Shown here: piece after piece, positions 10,623 to 21,863 of the stretch
How the letters are laid out: each line of letters begins with the position of its first letter
Position numbering within the stretch: the stretch's first letter is position 1
IMG/VR virus record: IMGVR_UViG_3300027533_000013
Location: 55,702 to 119,701 of that record
Direction: 5' to 3' (one strand)
DNA from: a virus
Lineage: Duplodnaviria; Caudoviricetes
DNA length: 64,000 nt
The notes under the pieces: generated by a model
Seen by the model: only the letters and a program-made list of their open reading frames with translations
The model's database searches: none
What the model was told of the DNA's origin: nothing
Translations under genes and position numbers: made by a program

Positions 10623-11894
10623 ATGGCTGATTACTACATCGCAGTCGGGCCGACAGGCCATGTGAGGGGGTCGATTGCCCCTGATCCACAGGTGGTCATC
10701 TTTGATGATGACCCACCGATTGAGATGCCGACGCATACGAATGCGATTGCCATCAGTCCTGATGGGCTGACCGCGTTGGTGCGTGGTAACGACGACCGTA
10801 CGTATCGTGTGTTGCGGACACCACCCGTCGCGTCACCACCGGAACCACAGGTGATTGATCTCGATTCAGCGGTCGGCACATATGACGTGGGGTTCCATCC
10901 AATTACGGGGGTGGAATATTGGATTCACGCCATTAACGCCTACAAAGTTGGTGGCGTCGAGAAGCCGGTTCCTGTAGACCAGACTGGTGACTACATCTCC
11001 GGTCAAGGATGGGTGCAGATTTTTGATTCAGGAGCGCCGGGGTGGACGGATCAGGTTGGGCGGAAGGTATTGGAAGGGCATTCACTGACCCGGTGCGTTC
11101 AACTCGGTGACTGGGTCATCGGCATGGAGACTGACCCACGGGGTTGGATTCTGCTGATCAATACGAGCACTCATAAGACGTACATTGCATGGGAGAACTA
11201 CACGCCTATCGGCCCCAGCTTCGTGCTGCGTGGTGGCCAGCCGGTGGCAGGCATCACGTTCCCCGGTGTGGAAGTCACACTGTTCCATGCACTCGACGGT
11301 AGCGGAGAGACGGTAGGTGAGGGTAGTACGCCCACGACGCCGACACTCCCCAATTTCAATGTGAACTTGCCGGGGTTGGCGCAGTGGCACATCCGAGTGA
11401 TTGCGACCGCGATTATCTATGGACCGGACCCCAAGGATATTCCCGTCATTCCTCCGGACCCCAAGAAAACAGGCATCTTGACGGCAGGAGGACCAGTACC
11501 GGGACAACCCGATCCGGGAAGTGGGACCAACACTTACGGCCCGAATGAAATGCCGAACATGAAATACATCTTGGATCAAGTGCTGGCGACCAAGACATGG
11601 AATTTTACGCAAGGCGAAGAATACGACATGACGCAGCCGAACGGTCGAGGGGCGTTCACCGCCACCGCTGTTACGGCGATGCACGATGTGGATGCTCGAT
11701 TTGGTCATTACTTGCGGAAACCGGGGTACAGCCAATACGTACCAAGTGGTGGGTCGGTAGATTCCGTATGTTTCAAGAACGATGACGGCACCACACAAGA
11801 AGGCGCGGTGATTGTCGCCAACACCATTCAATGGGTGGCGAAGGATCGTGCGCCACGTATTGCTGAAGGCGAACTTGATTCGTGGTTCTACTAG
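10623..11894 (+). CDS. Two-domain tail/receptor-binding-like protein
   Basis: 423 aa, Pro/Thr linker, AIAISPDG propeller-like motif. Confidence 0.5.
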   Translation: MADYYIAVGPTGHVRGSIAPDPQVVIFDDDPPIEMPTHTNAIAISPDGLTALVRGNDDRTYRVLRTPPVASPPEPQVIDLDSAVGTYDVGFHPITGVEYWIHAINAYKVGGVEKPVPVDQTGDYISGQGWVQIFDSGAPGWTDQVGRKVLEGHSLTRCVQLGDWVIGMETDPRGWILLINTSTHKTYIAWENYTPIGPSFVLRGGQPVAGITFPGVEVTLFHALDGSGETVGEGSTPTTPTLPNFNVNLPGLAQWHIRVIATAIIYGPDPKDIPVIPPDPKKTGILTAGGPVPGQPDPGSGTNTYGPNEMPNMKYILDQVLATKTWNFTQGEEYDMTQPNGRGAFTATAVTAMHDVDARFGHYLRKPGYSQYVPSGGSVDSVCFKNDDGTTQEGAVIVANTIQWVAKDRAPRIAEGELDSWFY

Positions 11895-11902
11895 AGTAAA
11901 CC

Positions 11903-13261
11903 ATGCACCATCGCGCTTGTAACAACAAGGGTTTGAGGTTCGACAGTGAAGGGCACACTGTCCAATACTCTGGTACTGGTGCGCTTACGACGGCTTCGTA
12001 CACGATTCACGTAACGCCGATTTGCCCTGACATGTTCAACAACATTGTGGGGTTTGGGTCGGCTGAAGACCCTGATATTCCGGAGTCCTTTGGCACGTGG
12101 TTCATCATGACTCCCGGCCAACAGCCGGTGCGTCCCACGGGCATTACGTGGCGGGGTCCGTACCCCGGTCGGTTCGCCCCTGATGGTGGGTGGTATCAGG
12201 GTGGAGAGGGTGGAGATCGGTCGGTGTACTGGGTGTGGAAGAACGGTGAACTTCTTGGGCCGTTCCCATCCGGCACGAATGATATTGAAGGCATTGCGAA
12301 CTTCACAGCGGGTGGTCCCGCTGGCTACACGCCTGTGTGGCAGGACCGAGGGTCACCGATCACAGTAGACGGTTACCGGATCGTGAAGTGGGCGCAGGCG
12401 GGGACGTGGTTCGTTGGGCAGCAGGGTGGTGACCACAATGATCGGTTCATCGCCAAAGCTCCGAACGGGGTGTGGTATCTCATCACGAATGCGACGAGTC
12501 AGTTTTTCCACTGCGTGAAGCAACAAGAAGATGGGTCACTACTTGTCGCGTGGAACGGTGACCAAGAGTCGTTCCTGTCATCAAAGTCTAACTGGCAGGT
12601 ATTGAGCCAAGGTCCGGTGGGAGAGCAACCCGACGCCCCAGCAGGACCAGTCGTTGAAGACCTGTGGCAAGGGTATGGGGGGTTTGGACACATCCCCGGT
12701 GTGAGAACACTGGAAAGTGAAGGCACGTTCGATATCGTGGAAGCGGCAGAGACGGTGGTCACGTTCTCGATGCACGTGAAACCAGCCATCTATTTGACCC
12801 GTGGGAACGGGCGTATCGTGCATCCCATTCTAGGGTCGTTTGATTACGAAGCGAAGCCGGATGAGTGGGTAAATCTGGATGAGGACATTATCATTCCGCC
12901 ACTGTGGGCGTCGTCTCAGGGCTTAGTCAGTACGGCAAACACGTTGTGGCAGGGGCTGCTAAAAGACGTGGTCGTTGAGGAACGGTGGAAGTCGCTAGGT
13001 GGGTTGGCGATGCCCATCACGCAGTTACGGATGCTGATTGCCATCTGGACGATGCCACTGGACCCTGACGTGGGCTACGTGCAGTGGCGTCCGAATTACG
13101 TGACTGACCGAGCATGGAAAGTTCTGCCGGTGAATCTGACAGTGGGTGGTCAGGGCATGACGTTCGATGACGTGATCAACTACAAAGATGAAGACGGTAA
13201 TCCGATTGGCTGGGTGACGGACCCCGTGACGTTGTCGATGAAGATCGTGGAGATTGTGTAA
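11903..13261 (+). CDS. Modular tail protein (N-domain paralogous to 51813 gene; C-domain paralogous to 13261 gene)
   Basis: Direct comparison of the translations. Confidence 0.6.
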   Translation: MHHRACNNKGLRFDSEGHTVQYSGTGALTTASYTIHVTPICPDMFNNIVGFGSAEDPDIPESFGTWFIMTPGQQPVRPTGITWRGPYPGRFAPDGGWYQGGEGGDRSVYWVWKNGELLGPFPSGTNDIEGIANFTAGGPAGYTPVWQDRGSPITVDGYRIVKWAQAGTWFVGQQGGDHNDRFIAKAPNGVWYLITNATSQFFHCVKQQEDGSLLVAWNGDQESFLSSKSNWQVLSQGPVGEQPDAPAGPVVEDLWQGYGGFGHIPGVRTLESEGTFDIVEAAETVVTFSMHVKPAIYLTRGNGRIVHPILGSFDYEAKPDEWVNLDEDIIIPPLWASSQGLVSTANTLWQGLLKDVVVEERWKSLGGLAMPITQLRMLIAIWTMPLDPDVGYVQWRPNYVTDRAWKVLPVNLTVGGQGMTFDDVINYKDEDGNPIGWVTDPVTLSMKIVEIV

Positions 13262-14733
13262 TGCCCTACCTGAACAAGTACGGTGAATGGTGTGCAGGTA
13301 TCGGCAGTGTTGGTGTGTCGTGGGGATCGGTGACTGGAATAGGCACGGTAATCTGGCCCACGGGTGGTGGTGCTCACTGGCTCGATGATGACACGGTGAT
13401 CGCCCAAAATTGCCCCGGTGGGGTCTGTGGTATTTGGTCGTATAACGTGCGCCTTAGTTCAGAAGTCCTAATCTCGGACAAGGGAGCTAACGACCTGAGT
13501 GCAAAATCAGGCGTGTGGGCTGCGTGGCTTGGTGGTAATCCTGCCTATGGTGTGTTTAGTTCAACGGGTAAGTTGTTGCCGAAGGCGGGTCTGTCGGTAA
13601 CGAGCGTGGGTTCAGACGGATCGATTGCTATCAAGAGAAGCTATCAGGGCATTGGTAATTGGGACGTTCATGAAATGACCGGAGCGGTGTGGCTGCTGAC
13701 CGGTGGGGATGCGTCCTCCATTCATTTGCTAGGCTCACGGAAAGCCTCGTGGATTGAAGGTGGTTTCCCAAAGGTGACGGACCTTGTTCCGAGGCCGAAT
13801 CCGAGAGCCACTCCGATTTACTGGCTCCGCATGTTGGAGACGCCGAACGGATGGTGGTGTCTTTACAACGTAGGTAATGACACGGTGTTGCATCCCGTGG
13901 CCTCAGCAGAGGGGTATATCGTGGCGCAAGGCAATGCCTTTCAGCCCGACCTGATGCTGTATGCCCCGAACGTCATTCGTGTCGTGTATTCGCTCACGGC
14001 TGGAGAACGTCCTGAAGATATTGTCGTTCTCGACGTTGATTTGGCGGCACCACGTATAGTGGTCGCCAGTTCACCGTTACCTTTCGTACCGGGGTTACCA
14101 CCCCCCTCTAGTATTAGTGTGGGAGGCCCCGGAATTTTAAGTCCACGTCAAAGAATTCCTATCGTGCCGAGTGGCTCGATGTTGATGACGAGCATGGGAG
14201 AATTTGGTGTGGCCGGGTTATCCGAGGAATTGTTGGTGGCACCAGATGAAGTGTTCCCGACGTTTCCAGTGGAGACAGGTAAAGGGCGTCTCGTACATCC
14301 ATCGTTGGGGATGTATGAGTATGAAGTCAAACCTGATGAGTGGGTGAACATCGATGCGGATGCGATTGTGCCCCCGGTCTGGGCGTCGAGTCGGACGCTG
14401 ACTGGTGCGGCCAACGTGCTCTGGCCCGGTAATTTGCGTGATGTGGTGGTGGAAGAACGATGGAAAGGCGAGGGTGGAATCTCGATGCCCATCGAGCAGC
14501 TTCGCATGCTATTGTCTTTCTGGACCACCCAGCCTGACCCTGAAGAAGCCTATGTGGAATGGTATCCGACCTATATCACACGGGTCTCATTCAAGGTGCT
14601 TCTGATCGGATTGACTGCCGGAGGACAGAACATTGTGCTCGATGATGTGGTGAACTACCGTGACCTCCGTGGACCTGATGGTTGGGTGACGGCTCCTGTG
14701 GTGTTACAACTTCGACTGGTGGGACGACTGTAA
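13261..14733 (+). CDS. Modular tail protein with possible distal-tail-like C-domain
   Basis: GRLVHPSLG...KPDEWVNID...DVVVEERWK shared with the preceding gene. Confidence 0.6.
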   Translation: MPYLNKYGEWCAGIGSVGVSWGSVTGIGTVIWPTGGGAHWLDDDTVIAQNCPGGVCGIWSYNVRLSSEVLISDKGANDLSAKSGVWAAWLGGNPAYGVFSSTGKLLPKAGLSVTSVGSDGSIAIKRSYQGIGNWDVHEMTGAVWLLTGGDASSIHLLGSRKASWIEGGFPKVTDLVPRPNPRATPIYWLRMLETPNGWWCLYNVGNDTVLHPVASAEGYIVAQGNAFQPDLMLYAPNVIRVVYSLTAGERPEDIVVLDVDLAAPRIVVASSPLPFVPGLPPPSSISVGGPGILSPRQRIPIVPSGSMLMTSMGEFGVAGLSEELLVAPDEVFPTFPVETGKGRLVHPSLGMYEYEVKPDEWVNIDADAIVPPVWASSRTLTGAANVLWPGNLRDVVVEERWKGEGGISMPIEQLRMLLSFWTTQPDPEEAYVEWYPTYITRVSFKVLLIGLTAGGQNIVLDDVVNYRDLRGPDGWVTAPVVLQLRLVGRL

Positions 14734-16901
14734 TGGATTATCGCTGGCAACCGTGTCAGATGGATAGCAAGCGTGACGTTAGGGTGATCCTACACCCGAC
14801 CGCTTCCATCTGGGAGGTGCGGCGAGGTCTTGATCCGGGGTCTGATGACTCCGTGGACCTGTCGGAGTTTGTGACGCAAGGAACGCAGACGGCTTTTGAC
14901 GTCACGGTCACGCTCAAGTTTCGCCGTGAACTGTTTGGGACGGCTCAACCAGCCCCGAATCAGATACTGGAGATTCAGTTACAGCAGAAAGGTGTATGGA
15001 AGCCAGTTTGGCTGGGAATCGTGGACTCTTTGCATGGTTACACGTTGAGTCGTGGCGAACGCTCGATGCAATTGACTGCAAAAAGTAGGGACCAGCAAGA
15101 TATCTGGCGAAACACGAATCGGCTGACGCCGCTGTTTCCACAGTTGACGGAATTGACCTACATCGCTCAGCGAGTCGCACGTTCTGCGGAGATGAAGGGC
15201 GATGAAATTGTCCTGCCCCGAAGTTCGTACACCACGGCGCACACCAACACGCAGTTAGCCGACATGAATGCGTGGGATATGGTGTCGTCGGTGTTTACGG
15301 CACTGGGGTGGACGCCATTCATGGATGGTCAGGGACGACTCAGAGGTGCTGACCGAAATTTGCAAGGGCGTCGGCCTGATGTGGTGCTAGCCGATGAGCG
15401 GTTGATCAAGGTTGGTGGGCAGCGTCAACGACCCCCGAAATCTCGTGTGCGTGTGCTCTGGTTGAACCCCACCCTGAAGAAAGAAAAGAGACAGGGGCGA
15501 CTGTTGGGTAAGCCTGAGACCATCACGATGGGATGGTTTATTCCCTACTGGAAAAGAACCGTGTGGTTTTCGGACGACCACACGCAACGGGCTGAGAACA
15601 CCTATCTCAATCGAGAGACGAGTTACAGTGTCAATGAGTTTGCAAGGGTATGGCTTAAATTTGATTTCGTAGAAGAGAACTGGATTCAACAGGAAGAAAA
15701 CAAAGGTAAGTTGTCGCTTATAAATTGGCAATTTATTCCTGCGTTGGCGACGTTTATTGCGATGATTAAAATCATCGGCAGTAAAAAAGATAATGTGGTA
15801 GGCATGATTAATCTTCCGGAAGAAGGAGCATTAGAAACTCCTGTTTTTGGTCCAGTGACAGGTGTTATTACTCCTACGCATCTAATGACTGAACCCTCTG
15901 CGATTGGGTCAAAGCTGGAAGCCGTACTGGTTGGGGCTTGGGCGATGATGACCATGACCATTGGCACCGGCACCTATGAAATTTGGGGTACACCCTATGA
16001 CTGGGTGCATGCACGGAACGTGTCGGAAGCCTTCGATAGTTCGGTGCCCATCTGGGTCGATAACGTCGTAGATATCGAATCCGATTTCATGGTGAATGAG
16101 GAACATGCCAAGACCACGGCGATTCGAGAGTTGATCTATCAGGCACGAGCCGCGAATAAATGGTCGGCCACGATTGTGGATGACCCTCGGATTGAATTTG
16201 GGGATATTCTTCAGTTCGATGATGGCAGCCAGTTGTATGTCGAGGACTTCTCTCGGTCATTGGAACGTGGTAGTCAAGCCGTCTTAGATGTGCAGGGATT
16301 CCTGATTCCGGTTACGCAAGTGATCCCCGGTACGGGATTCATTGGGGCGACGATTAACCCACCAGAGATTGCGACTCCGGCCCCCGGTGGTGGCGGAAGT
16401 GAACCGGCTCCGGGACCGGGTGGCACGCCTGCCCCCGGTAATAAGGGCATTGGTCACAGACCGAATCCACCCACGGAACCGTTGACCAGTCTGAGTCAGG
16501 TCCACTGGATTGACCACGATATCTCCGGGTGGCCTGAAACCTATCCGTTGGAAGTGCATTTCCCACGTGAAGGTTCTATCACGTTGGAGCAACAAGGCAC
16601 GTCGAACTGGCCGCTGAATCCGGATGGTGGGGCAGGTAATGCGTGGATCTTCGTCTATCGTGACGGCCAATGGTATGCCGGAACGTGGGAGTGGATGCTG
16701 AAGAACCAGAAGACTAAATTCCGCGAGAACCTGATGGAGACGGGGGCCATTGCGAAGCCGCTGAAGGATTTCACGGTGCAGCCGGGTGAGGTGTATGGCT
16801 TCATGGTGAGTGGCGTGGCTCGATACGGTCCTAACAACATTCAGGAGCGTACGAGTTTGGCGTACCCGGTGACGTGGCCCGATACGGGGACACCGAGGTA
16901 G
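14733..16901 (+). CDS. Tail tip/hub-like protein with appended C-terminal domain
   Basis: TAATG coupling; WTPFMDGQGRL and DPRIEFGD hub-like motifs; Pro/Gly linker. Confidence 0.6.
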   Translation: MDYRWQPCQMDSKRDVRVILHPTASIWEVRRGLDPGSDDSVDLSEFVTQGTQTAFDVTVTLKFRRELFGTAQPAPNQILEIQLQQKGVWKPVWLGIVDSLHGYTLSRGERSMQLTAKSRDQQDIWRNTNRLTPLFPQLTELTYIAQRVARSAEMKGDEIVLPRSSYTTAHTNTQLADMNAWDMVSSVFTALGWTPFMDGQGRLRGADRNLQGRRPDVVLADERLIKVGGQRQRPPKSRVRVLWLNPTLKKEKRQGRLLGKPETITMGWFIPYWKRTVWFSDDHTQRAENTYLNRETSYSVNEFARVWLKFDFVEENWIQQEENKGKLSLINWQFIPALATFIAMIKIIGSKKDNVVGMINLPEEGALETPVFGPVTGVITPTHLMTEPSAIGSKLEAVLVGAWAMMTMTIGTGTYEIWGTPYDWVHARNVSEAFDSSVPIWVDNVVDIESDFMVNEEHAKTTAIRELIYQARAANKWSATIVDDPRIEFGDILQFDDGSQLYVEDFSRSLERGSQAVLDVQGFLIPVTQVIPGTGFIGATINPPEIATPAPGGGGSEPAPGPGGTPAPGNKGIGHRPNPPTEPLTSLSQVHWIDHDISGWPETYPLEVHFPREGSITLEQQGTSNWPLNPDGGAGNAWIFVYRDGQWYAGTWEWMLKNQKTKFRENLMETGAIAKPLKDFTVQPGEVYGFMVSGVARYGPNNIQERTSLAYPVTWPDTGTPR

Positions 16902-16903
16902 TT

Positions 16904-17515
16904 ATGCCGGTATACACAGACCTTGCATCAGCCGAAGTCAAACGGCACGTCCGAAAGCTGTTTGGTATTACGATGACGCGCCCGACGCGACTCATCTCTG
17001 ATGGCATGACGGACATTTGGGCCTGCGATGTTCAGATTAGTGAACGAGATCCTACGGGAAGAATTAAGCAGTATCTGAACACCAAAGATGACCAAGAGGA
17101 CGAAGATCCGGAAGATGACCTCATCACGGGCATACCGGGGCAACGCCCCGAGGATTGGCAACTTGATGACTCGTTACCCGGTCACATCGATACGACGCTT
17201 CGCAATGTGCAGATTGCGCGTAATAATGCTGATTTACTGTATGCCGATATTGGGGCCGCTGTTGTAGTTGAGCGGAGTGCCAGTGGAAACTGGCAAATCA
17301 CCGGATTTTCACAAGAGCGACCGGGCACCTACATCATGTACCCGGTGGATCTTGGGACGATGCTCATCGGTCCAGTCATTGATATTTCCATCGATACGCG
17401 CTTATTGACGCTGGCAGAGTTGGGTGAGACAGAACCTGAAGTCCATCCCTTCGGATCGCTACCTTTCGGAGCCAGTGCGATTTTTGAAGGTGGCGTGTTA
17501 GTTCGAATTGTGTAG
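16904..17515 (+). CDS. Tail-module hypothetical protein
   Basis: GAGG RBS; operon context. Confidence 0.55.
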   Translation: MPVYTDLASAEVKRHVRKLFGITMTRPTRLISDGMTDIWACDVQISERDPTGRIKQYLNTKDDQEDEDPEDDLITGIPGQRPEDWQLDDSLPGHIDTTLRNVQIARNNADLLYADIGAAVVVERSASGNWQITGFSQERPGTYIMYPVDLGTMLIGPVIDISIDTRLLTLAELGETEPEVHPFGSLPFGASAIFEGGVLVRIV

Positions 17516-17523
17516 GAGCCAGC

Positions 17524-18627
17524 ATGGCTATTACGTTACGGACATTCGCCAGCGGAGACACCGATTACATTGCGAAGTTGAACGCCAATGTGTCGGCCAT
17601 CAAAGCCGCTATTGATGCGTTGCAAGGGCAAGCCGGTGCAGCCGGAGGCGTCAACGAGATTACGGTCGGCACGTTCTGGAACGCGCTGTTCAACAATGCC
17701 GACACGTTGATTGGTCCCGATAGTTACTGGCCCACGCAGGGAAGTTCCACGGTGAACGTGGCTCCCGGTGCGATGTATCTAGCGACAACTTTTACCCCGG
17801 TTCAAAAGACAACGCTCACGACGTTGAATTTTTCGGGTCAAACACCGGGCACCTATTACATTACGATCTCGTCAACAGGGCTTCCGACATTCAGTAGTGT
17901 GTTTGGTTCAGGAGCCGCCTACTCGGTGGAGTATGCCGGTGGGTCATTCGAAGGATTACCCATCCGTATTGCTCAGGTTCTTTTTGATGCCGCAGAATCT
18001 ACAGCGGCACGAGAGAGTTTGACGTTAGGTGAGGTGGAATCCCCAGAGAGTGGAGAAAAGATTTTCCGGACGCTCGATGACCGTTTGGAATCCGCTGAAG
18101 AACTAGCGGCGGAAGCCAAGGTCAATGCCGATGAAGCACTTAGATTAGTCTACGAAGCAGGCATCGCACTAGAAGGAGCCATCCGGAAGGTTGGCTGCAC
18201 GGTGGACGGCACCGTGGGTGTCAAGGGTGCCATTCAGATTGACTTCGAAGGGGACATTATCGGGTGGAGCATCATCTCAGATGTGGCGGGAAGCATCGAG
18301 GTGGAAGTCTCAGTGGCCGCATCTGTGGACCCTCCGTTTGTTCCAACCATCCCAGACCCTGTAGCCGACAAGATTTCAGCGTCAGCCCCTGTGGCGTTGG
18401 TGAGTGCTCAATCCGCTGCACGAGACGAAGCTGGGGTAGAGACGTGGGATGTTCACGTCACGAAGTGGTCGGTGCTTCAGTTCAAGGTGGCCTCGGTTGG
18501 AGTTATCAACCGTGCGACGTTGTATCTCCGCATCCGAGAGACGTTACCGGTGCTCTTTACCGTGAGTCCTCCTGAGCTACCTGAATTTCCTGAGATACCG
18601 ACAGAACCAAGTCCGCCCGAGGAGTAG
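17524..18627 (+). CDS. Tail fibre/anchor-like protein
   Basis: AGGAG RBS; coiled-coil centre; C-terminal IIGWSIISDVAGSIEVEV...DKISASAP domain. Confidence 0.55.
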   Translation: MAITLRTFASGDTDYIAKLNANVSAIKAAIDALQGQAGAAGGVNEITVGTFWNALFNNADTLIGPDSYWPTQGSSTVNVAPGAMYLATTFTPVQKTTLTTLNFSGQTPGTYYITISSTGLPTFSSVFGSGAAYSVEYAGGSFEGLPIRIAQVLFDAAESTAARESLTLGEVESPESGEKIFRTLDDRLESAEELAAEAKVNADEALRLVYEAGIALEGAIRKVGCTVDGTVGVKGAIQIDFEGDIIGWSIISDVAGSIEVEVSVAASVDPPFVPTIPDPVADKISASAPVALVSAQSAARDEAGVETWDVHVTKWSVLQFKVASVGVINRATLYLRIRETLPVLFTVSPPELPEFPEIPTEPSPPEE

Positions 18628-18629
18628 TT

Positions 18630-19715
18630 ATGGCTTTGTTGTTCATGGATAGTTGGGATCATTACGACTTTGCAGCGTTGACGTCCAAATGGGCGTTTGG
18701 TGGAGGGGACAAAACAGACACTTCTGCTGTGGGGGCATTTGGGCGACGAAGCACGAATGGATTTAAGTATCGGTCGTCTGGCACGGTGTTTGTTGGAAAT
18801 GGTCACCTCTTAGAAAAACAATTGGTGTCGTCTGGTAATACGGCGATTGTCGGATACGCCTTCAAATGCGTAACACCGCTGTCAGATTCCGTGAATCAGT
18901 CGAACAGTGAAAGTTCAAGTACGGTGTTAGCGTCTATCCAGAATTTTGGGGTGACCCACGTCTGGTTACGATTGAATGCCGATGGTACGGTGTCAGCGAT
19001 GTATGGGTCTACCGTGTTGGAAACATCGCTCGTGGGTGTGACGCAGAACGTGTACACCTACATCGAAGTGAAGGTGGTAATCGCGGCTGCGTTGGCGGGA
19101 TCAGTCATCGTCAGGTTCAACGGGAGTGAAATCCTCAATGTGCCGGGTGTTACCACTCAAGTTGGCGCGAGTGCGACGTGGACCGGGGTGTACTTGAAGC
19201 AACGCAATGTGGCCGGTGGCCTGAATGAATGGCACATTGATGACTTCTACATGAGTGACGGCTCTGGAGCCGCCCCGTGGAATGACCTCTTAGGAGATTG
19301 CCGAGTGGATGCGGTGTTCCCCACCGCAGAGGGTGCGTCGTCTGACTGGACCCCGCTGACGGGCACGAACAATGCTGCGATGGTGAACGAAGCGGTGGCC
19401 GATGGTGACACGTCCTACGTGACCTCGGTGACCGCTGGGCACACGGACACCTACCCCGTCTCGGATACTCCCGTGGTTGGTGCCGCGCCTGCGGGAGTGC
19501 AGATATGCTTGTTTGTTCGAAAAGAAAGTGCGGGGTTGGCGAACTTAGCCCCCGTCGTTCGTCATGCCGGGATGAACTACCCGATTGCGGTTCCCAGTCC
19601 CGGCACATCTTACGGGATCAGTTATGCGATATTTCAAACGAATCCGGGGACGGATTTAGCGTGGACCGAAGCGGATTTCAACGCGGCTGAATTCGGTTTC
19701 ACCCGAATGGCATAG
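18630..19715 (+). CDS. Tail protein, lectin/beta-sandwich-like, paralog 1
   Basis: MALLFMDSWDHY start; ends WTEADFNAAEFG. Confidence 0.65.
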   Translation: MALLFMDSWDHYDFAALTSKWAFGGGDKTDTSAVGAFGRRSTNGFKYRSSGTVFVGNGHLLEKQLVSSGNTAIVGYAFKCVTPLSDSVNQSNSESSSTVLASIQNFGVTHVWLRLNADGTVSAMYGSTVLETSLVGVTQNVYTYIEVKVVIAAALAGSVIVRFNGSEILNVPGVTTQVGASATWTGVYLKQRNVAGGLNEWHIDDFYMSDGSGAAPWNDLLGDCRVDAVFPTAEGASSDWTPLTGTNNAAMVNEAVADGDTSYVTSVTAGHTDTYPVSDTPVVGAAPAGVQICLFVRKESAGLANLAPVVRHAGMNYPIAVPSPGTSYGISYAIFQTNPGTDLAWTEADFNAAEFGFTRMA

Positions 19716-19723
19716 GAGTTGTT

Positions 19724-20836
19724 ATGGCCCTGTTGTGGATGGATTCGTTTGATCATTACGTCACGGCGGATATCGTCAAGAAATGGACCAATCTTGGCAC
19801 GCAGGGGTCTGGAACTACGACAATAGGGGCATTTGGGCGTCATAGCAGTCAAGGCATACGGCATGCCACAACGAGTGCTAATGCTTCTAGCAAGCCGACG
19901 TTGAAAGTTGTGAGTCCTACCTCTCCCATTGCCATTGTGGGGTTTGGGTTTCAAACGAATTCGTTTGCTACCGCAGGGTCGGCCAGTGCTGGCACGATTG
20001 GCGTGTGGGACCGAGGTCAATCCGGTGGAAACGGGTGTGCGTGTCTCCTGTTCATTATGAACGGGAACCTTGTCCAAGGAGCTTTCACCCTCGTCAATGG
20101 GACGGGACAGATTCGATATTACCGGGCTGATGGCACACTGGTGTGGACTTCGACGGGTAGTCTCGGGATGAACGTGTTCCAATTTCTGGAATTCAAGATC
20201 ACATTGTCCCCCACGGTGGGGACGATAGATGTCATCAGAGATGGAGTCGCGCTCAGCGCCCCAGCCACAGGGTTGAATACGGGTCTGGCGGCAGCATGGT
20301 CTGGGTTCGTCTTAGGACGGTGTGAGTCTAACGTCTCTGTATCAATGAATTGGGATTTCGATGATGTGTATGTCTGCGATGGGGCTGGGAGTGCTCCGTG
20401 GAACACGTTCTTGGGAGATTGCCGAGTAGACGTGCGAGTGCCGACTGCTGAAGGTACGACCATTGGATGGACGCCGCTGTCTGGGTCTGATAATGCCCTG
20501 ATGGTGGATGAAGCTCTGGACAATGGTGATACGGATTACAACGCCACATCTACATTGGATGCTATCGACACGTTTGTGGTGCAGGATGCCCCAATTCCCG
20601 GTGCCGCTATATACGGTGTGCAACATGTATTGAACATGAAAAAGGCCGATGCTGGAGTATGTACGGTGGCCCCCGTCATTCGCCATAGCACCACAGATTA
20701 CCCCGGAACCGCGTTGTCACCCAGTATGACCTATGCTCCTCTCACGCAGGTTCAGCCGACGAATCCGGGAACTGCCGCGCAATGGATTGAAGCTGATTTC
20801 AATGCGGCTGAGTTTGGATATAAGCGAGTGAGCTAA
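19724..20836 (+). CDS. Tail protein, lectin/beta-sandwich-like, paralog 2
   Basis: MALLWMDSFDHY start; LGDCRVD and WIEADFNAAEFG shared with paralog 1. Confidence 0.65.
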   Translation: MALLWMDSFDHYVTADIVKKWTNLGTQGSGTTTIGAFGRHSSQGIRHATTSANASSKPTLKVVSPTSPIAIVGFGFQTNSFATAGSASAGTIGVWDRGQSGGNGCACLLFIMNGNLVQGAFTLVNGTGQIRYYRADGTLVWTSTGSLGMNVFQFLEFKITLSPTVGTIDVIRDGVALSAPATGLNTGLAAAWSGFVLGRCESNVSVSMNWDFDDVYVCDGAGSAPWNTFLGDCRVDVRVPTAEGTTIGWTPLSGSDNALMVDEALDNGDTDYNATSTLDAIDTFVVQDAPIPGAAIYGVQHVLNMKKADAGVCTVAPVIRHSTTDYPGTALSPSMTYAPLTQVQPTNPGTAAQWIEADFNAAEFGYKRVS

Positions 20837-21834
20837 TGCCGCCTGCTGTAGTTGGAACCGTCTCACATCTCAACACCGGGAACAGCGAATCGACGTTGAC
20901 GATGGCGCATACGTCAACGGGTGATCCGTTGTACGTGTGTGCGTCGATTTCTGATCCGGCTGAGTCATACGGCACGATCACGTATGCAGGCATGCCCTTA
21001 GAACGTATTGGGCGGGTGACGGGCAGTTCGTTTTCACAGGAGTGGTGGTTTCTCCATAATCCCCCGGCAGGAACGGCGAATGTTGTTGTTACGTTGCTGT
21101 CTGGCTCGGATTGGTTGTCTATTTCCGCACGCAACGTGTCGGGTGGGGATCTTGACCTCTATGCGAAGAACCTAACCTCAGCGGCAGCAACCTCGACGGC
21201 TCCATCCGTGACCCTCGCCAGTGCTGTAGGCGATTTGGTACTCGACTTCCTCAGTCAGAACGCCAACAGCCAAGTCTTTACTCCCGGCGCAGGCCAGACA
21301 GCGGACTGGGCGCAGTCTCTCACAGGTAATAACCATTACACCGCAGGTAGTAAAGAAGACGGTGCGGCATCGGTCACGATGTCGTATGGTCTGTCGATTT
21401 CAACCCCGTGGTTGTATTCCGCCATCTCGATTCCAGCGGCAGGCACCGCTGGACCTGTCGAGACGCGAGTTACGCAAGATGCGGTCGAAGTTCTCAGCCA
21501 GCCTGCGTTACCCGAAGTACGAGTTACACAAGACGCCATCGAACTGCTGAGTCAACCGACTTCAAATGCACGTATCTCGCAATACGCGGTGGAGATACTT
21601 CGTGGTGCCGTGGCTCAGGTGTGGATTACACAGGCGACGGTAGAAATCATTACCGTTCCACCCGTTGTAGCTCGTGTGTCACAACTGGCGGTGGAAGTAT
21701 TGAATTTCCCCATCGCTGAAGCCAGACTTTCGCAAGTTGCGGTTGAAGTGTTGTTGAGACTGCCTCCTGACCCGAGTGACCTGATAGGCCCGTGGATGGG
21801 GGATGGGATGGCATCTGGTATCTGGATCGAGTAG
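20836..21834 (+). CDS. Virion protein with six C-terminal (R)VxQxAVEVL repeats
   Basis: ~17-aa repeats visible in the translation. Confidence 0.6.
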   Translation: MPPAVVGTVSHLNTGNSESTLTMAHTSTGDPLYVCASISDPAESYGTITYAGMPLERIGRVTGSSFSQEWWFLHNPPAGTANVVVTLLSGSDWLSISARNVSGGDLDLYAKNLTSAAATSTAPSVTLASAVGDLVLDFLSQNANSQVFTPGAGQTADWAQSLTGNNHYTAGSKEDGAASVTMSYGLSISTPWLYSAISIPAAGTAGPVETRVTQDAVEVLSQPALPEVRVTQDAIELLSQPTSNARISQYAVEILRGAVAQVWITQATVEIITVPPVVARVSQLAVEVLNFPIAEARLSQVAVEVLLRLPPDPSDLIGPWMGDGMASGIWIE

Positions 21835-21863
21835 TGCAATCAATTGCAAAGGAGTGCGTACCC

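Noticed and set aside
11903-20836. Diversity-generating retroelement explaining the duplicated tail domains
   Set aside because: No reverse transcriptase is in the window, and the paralogs are broadly diverged rather than adenine-specific.
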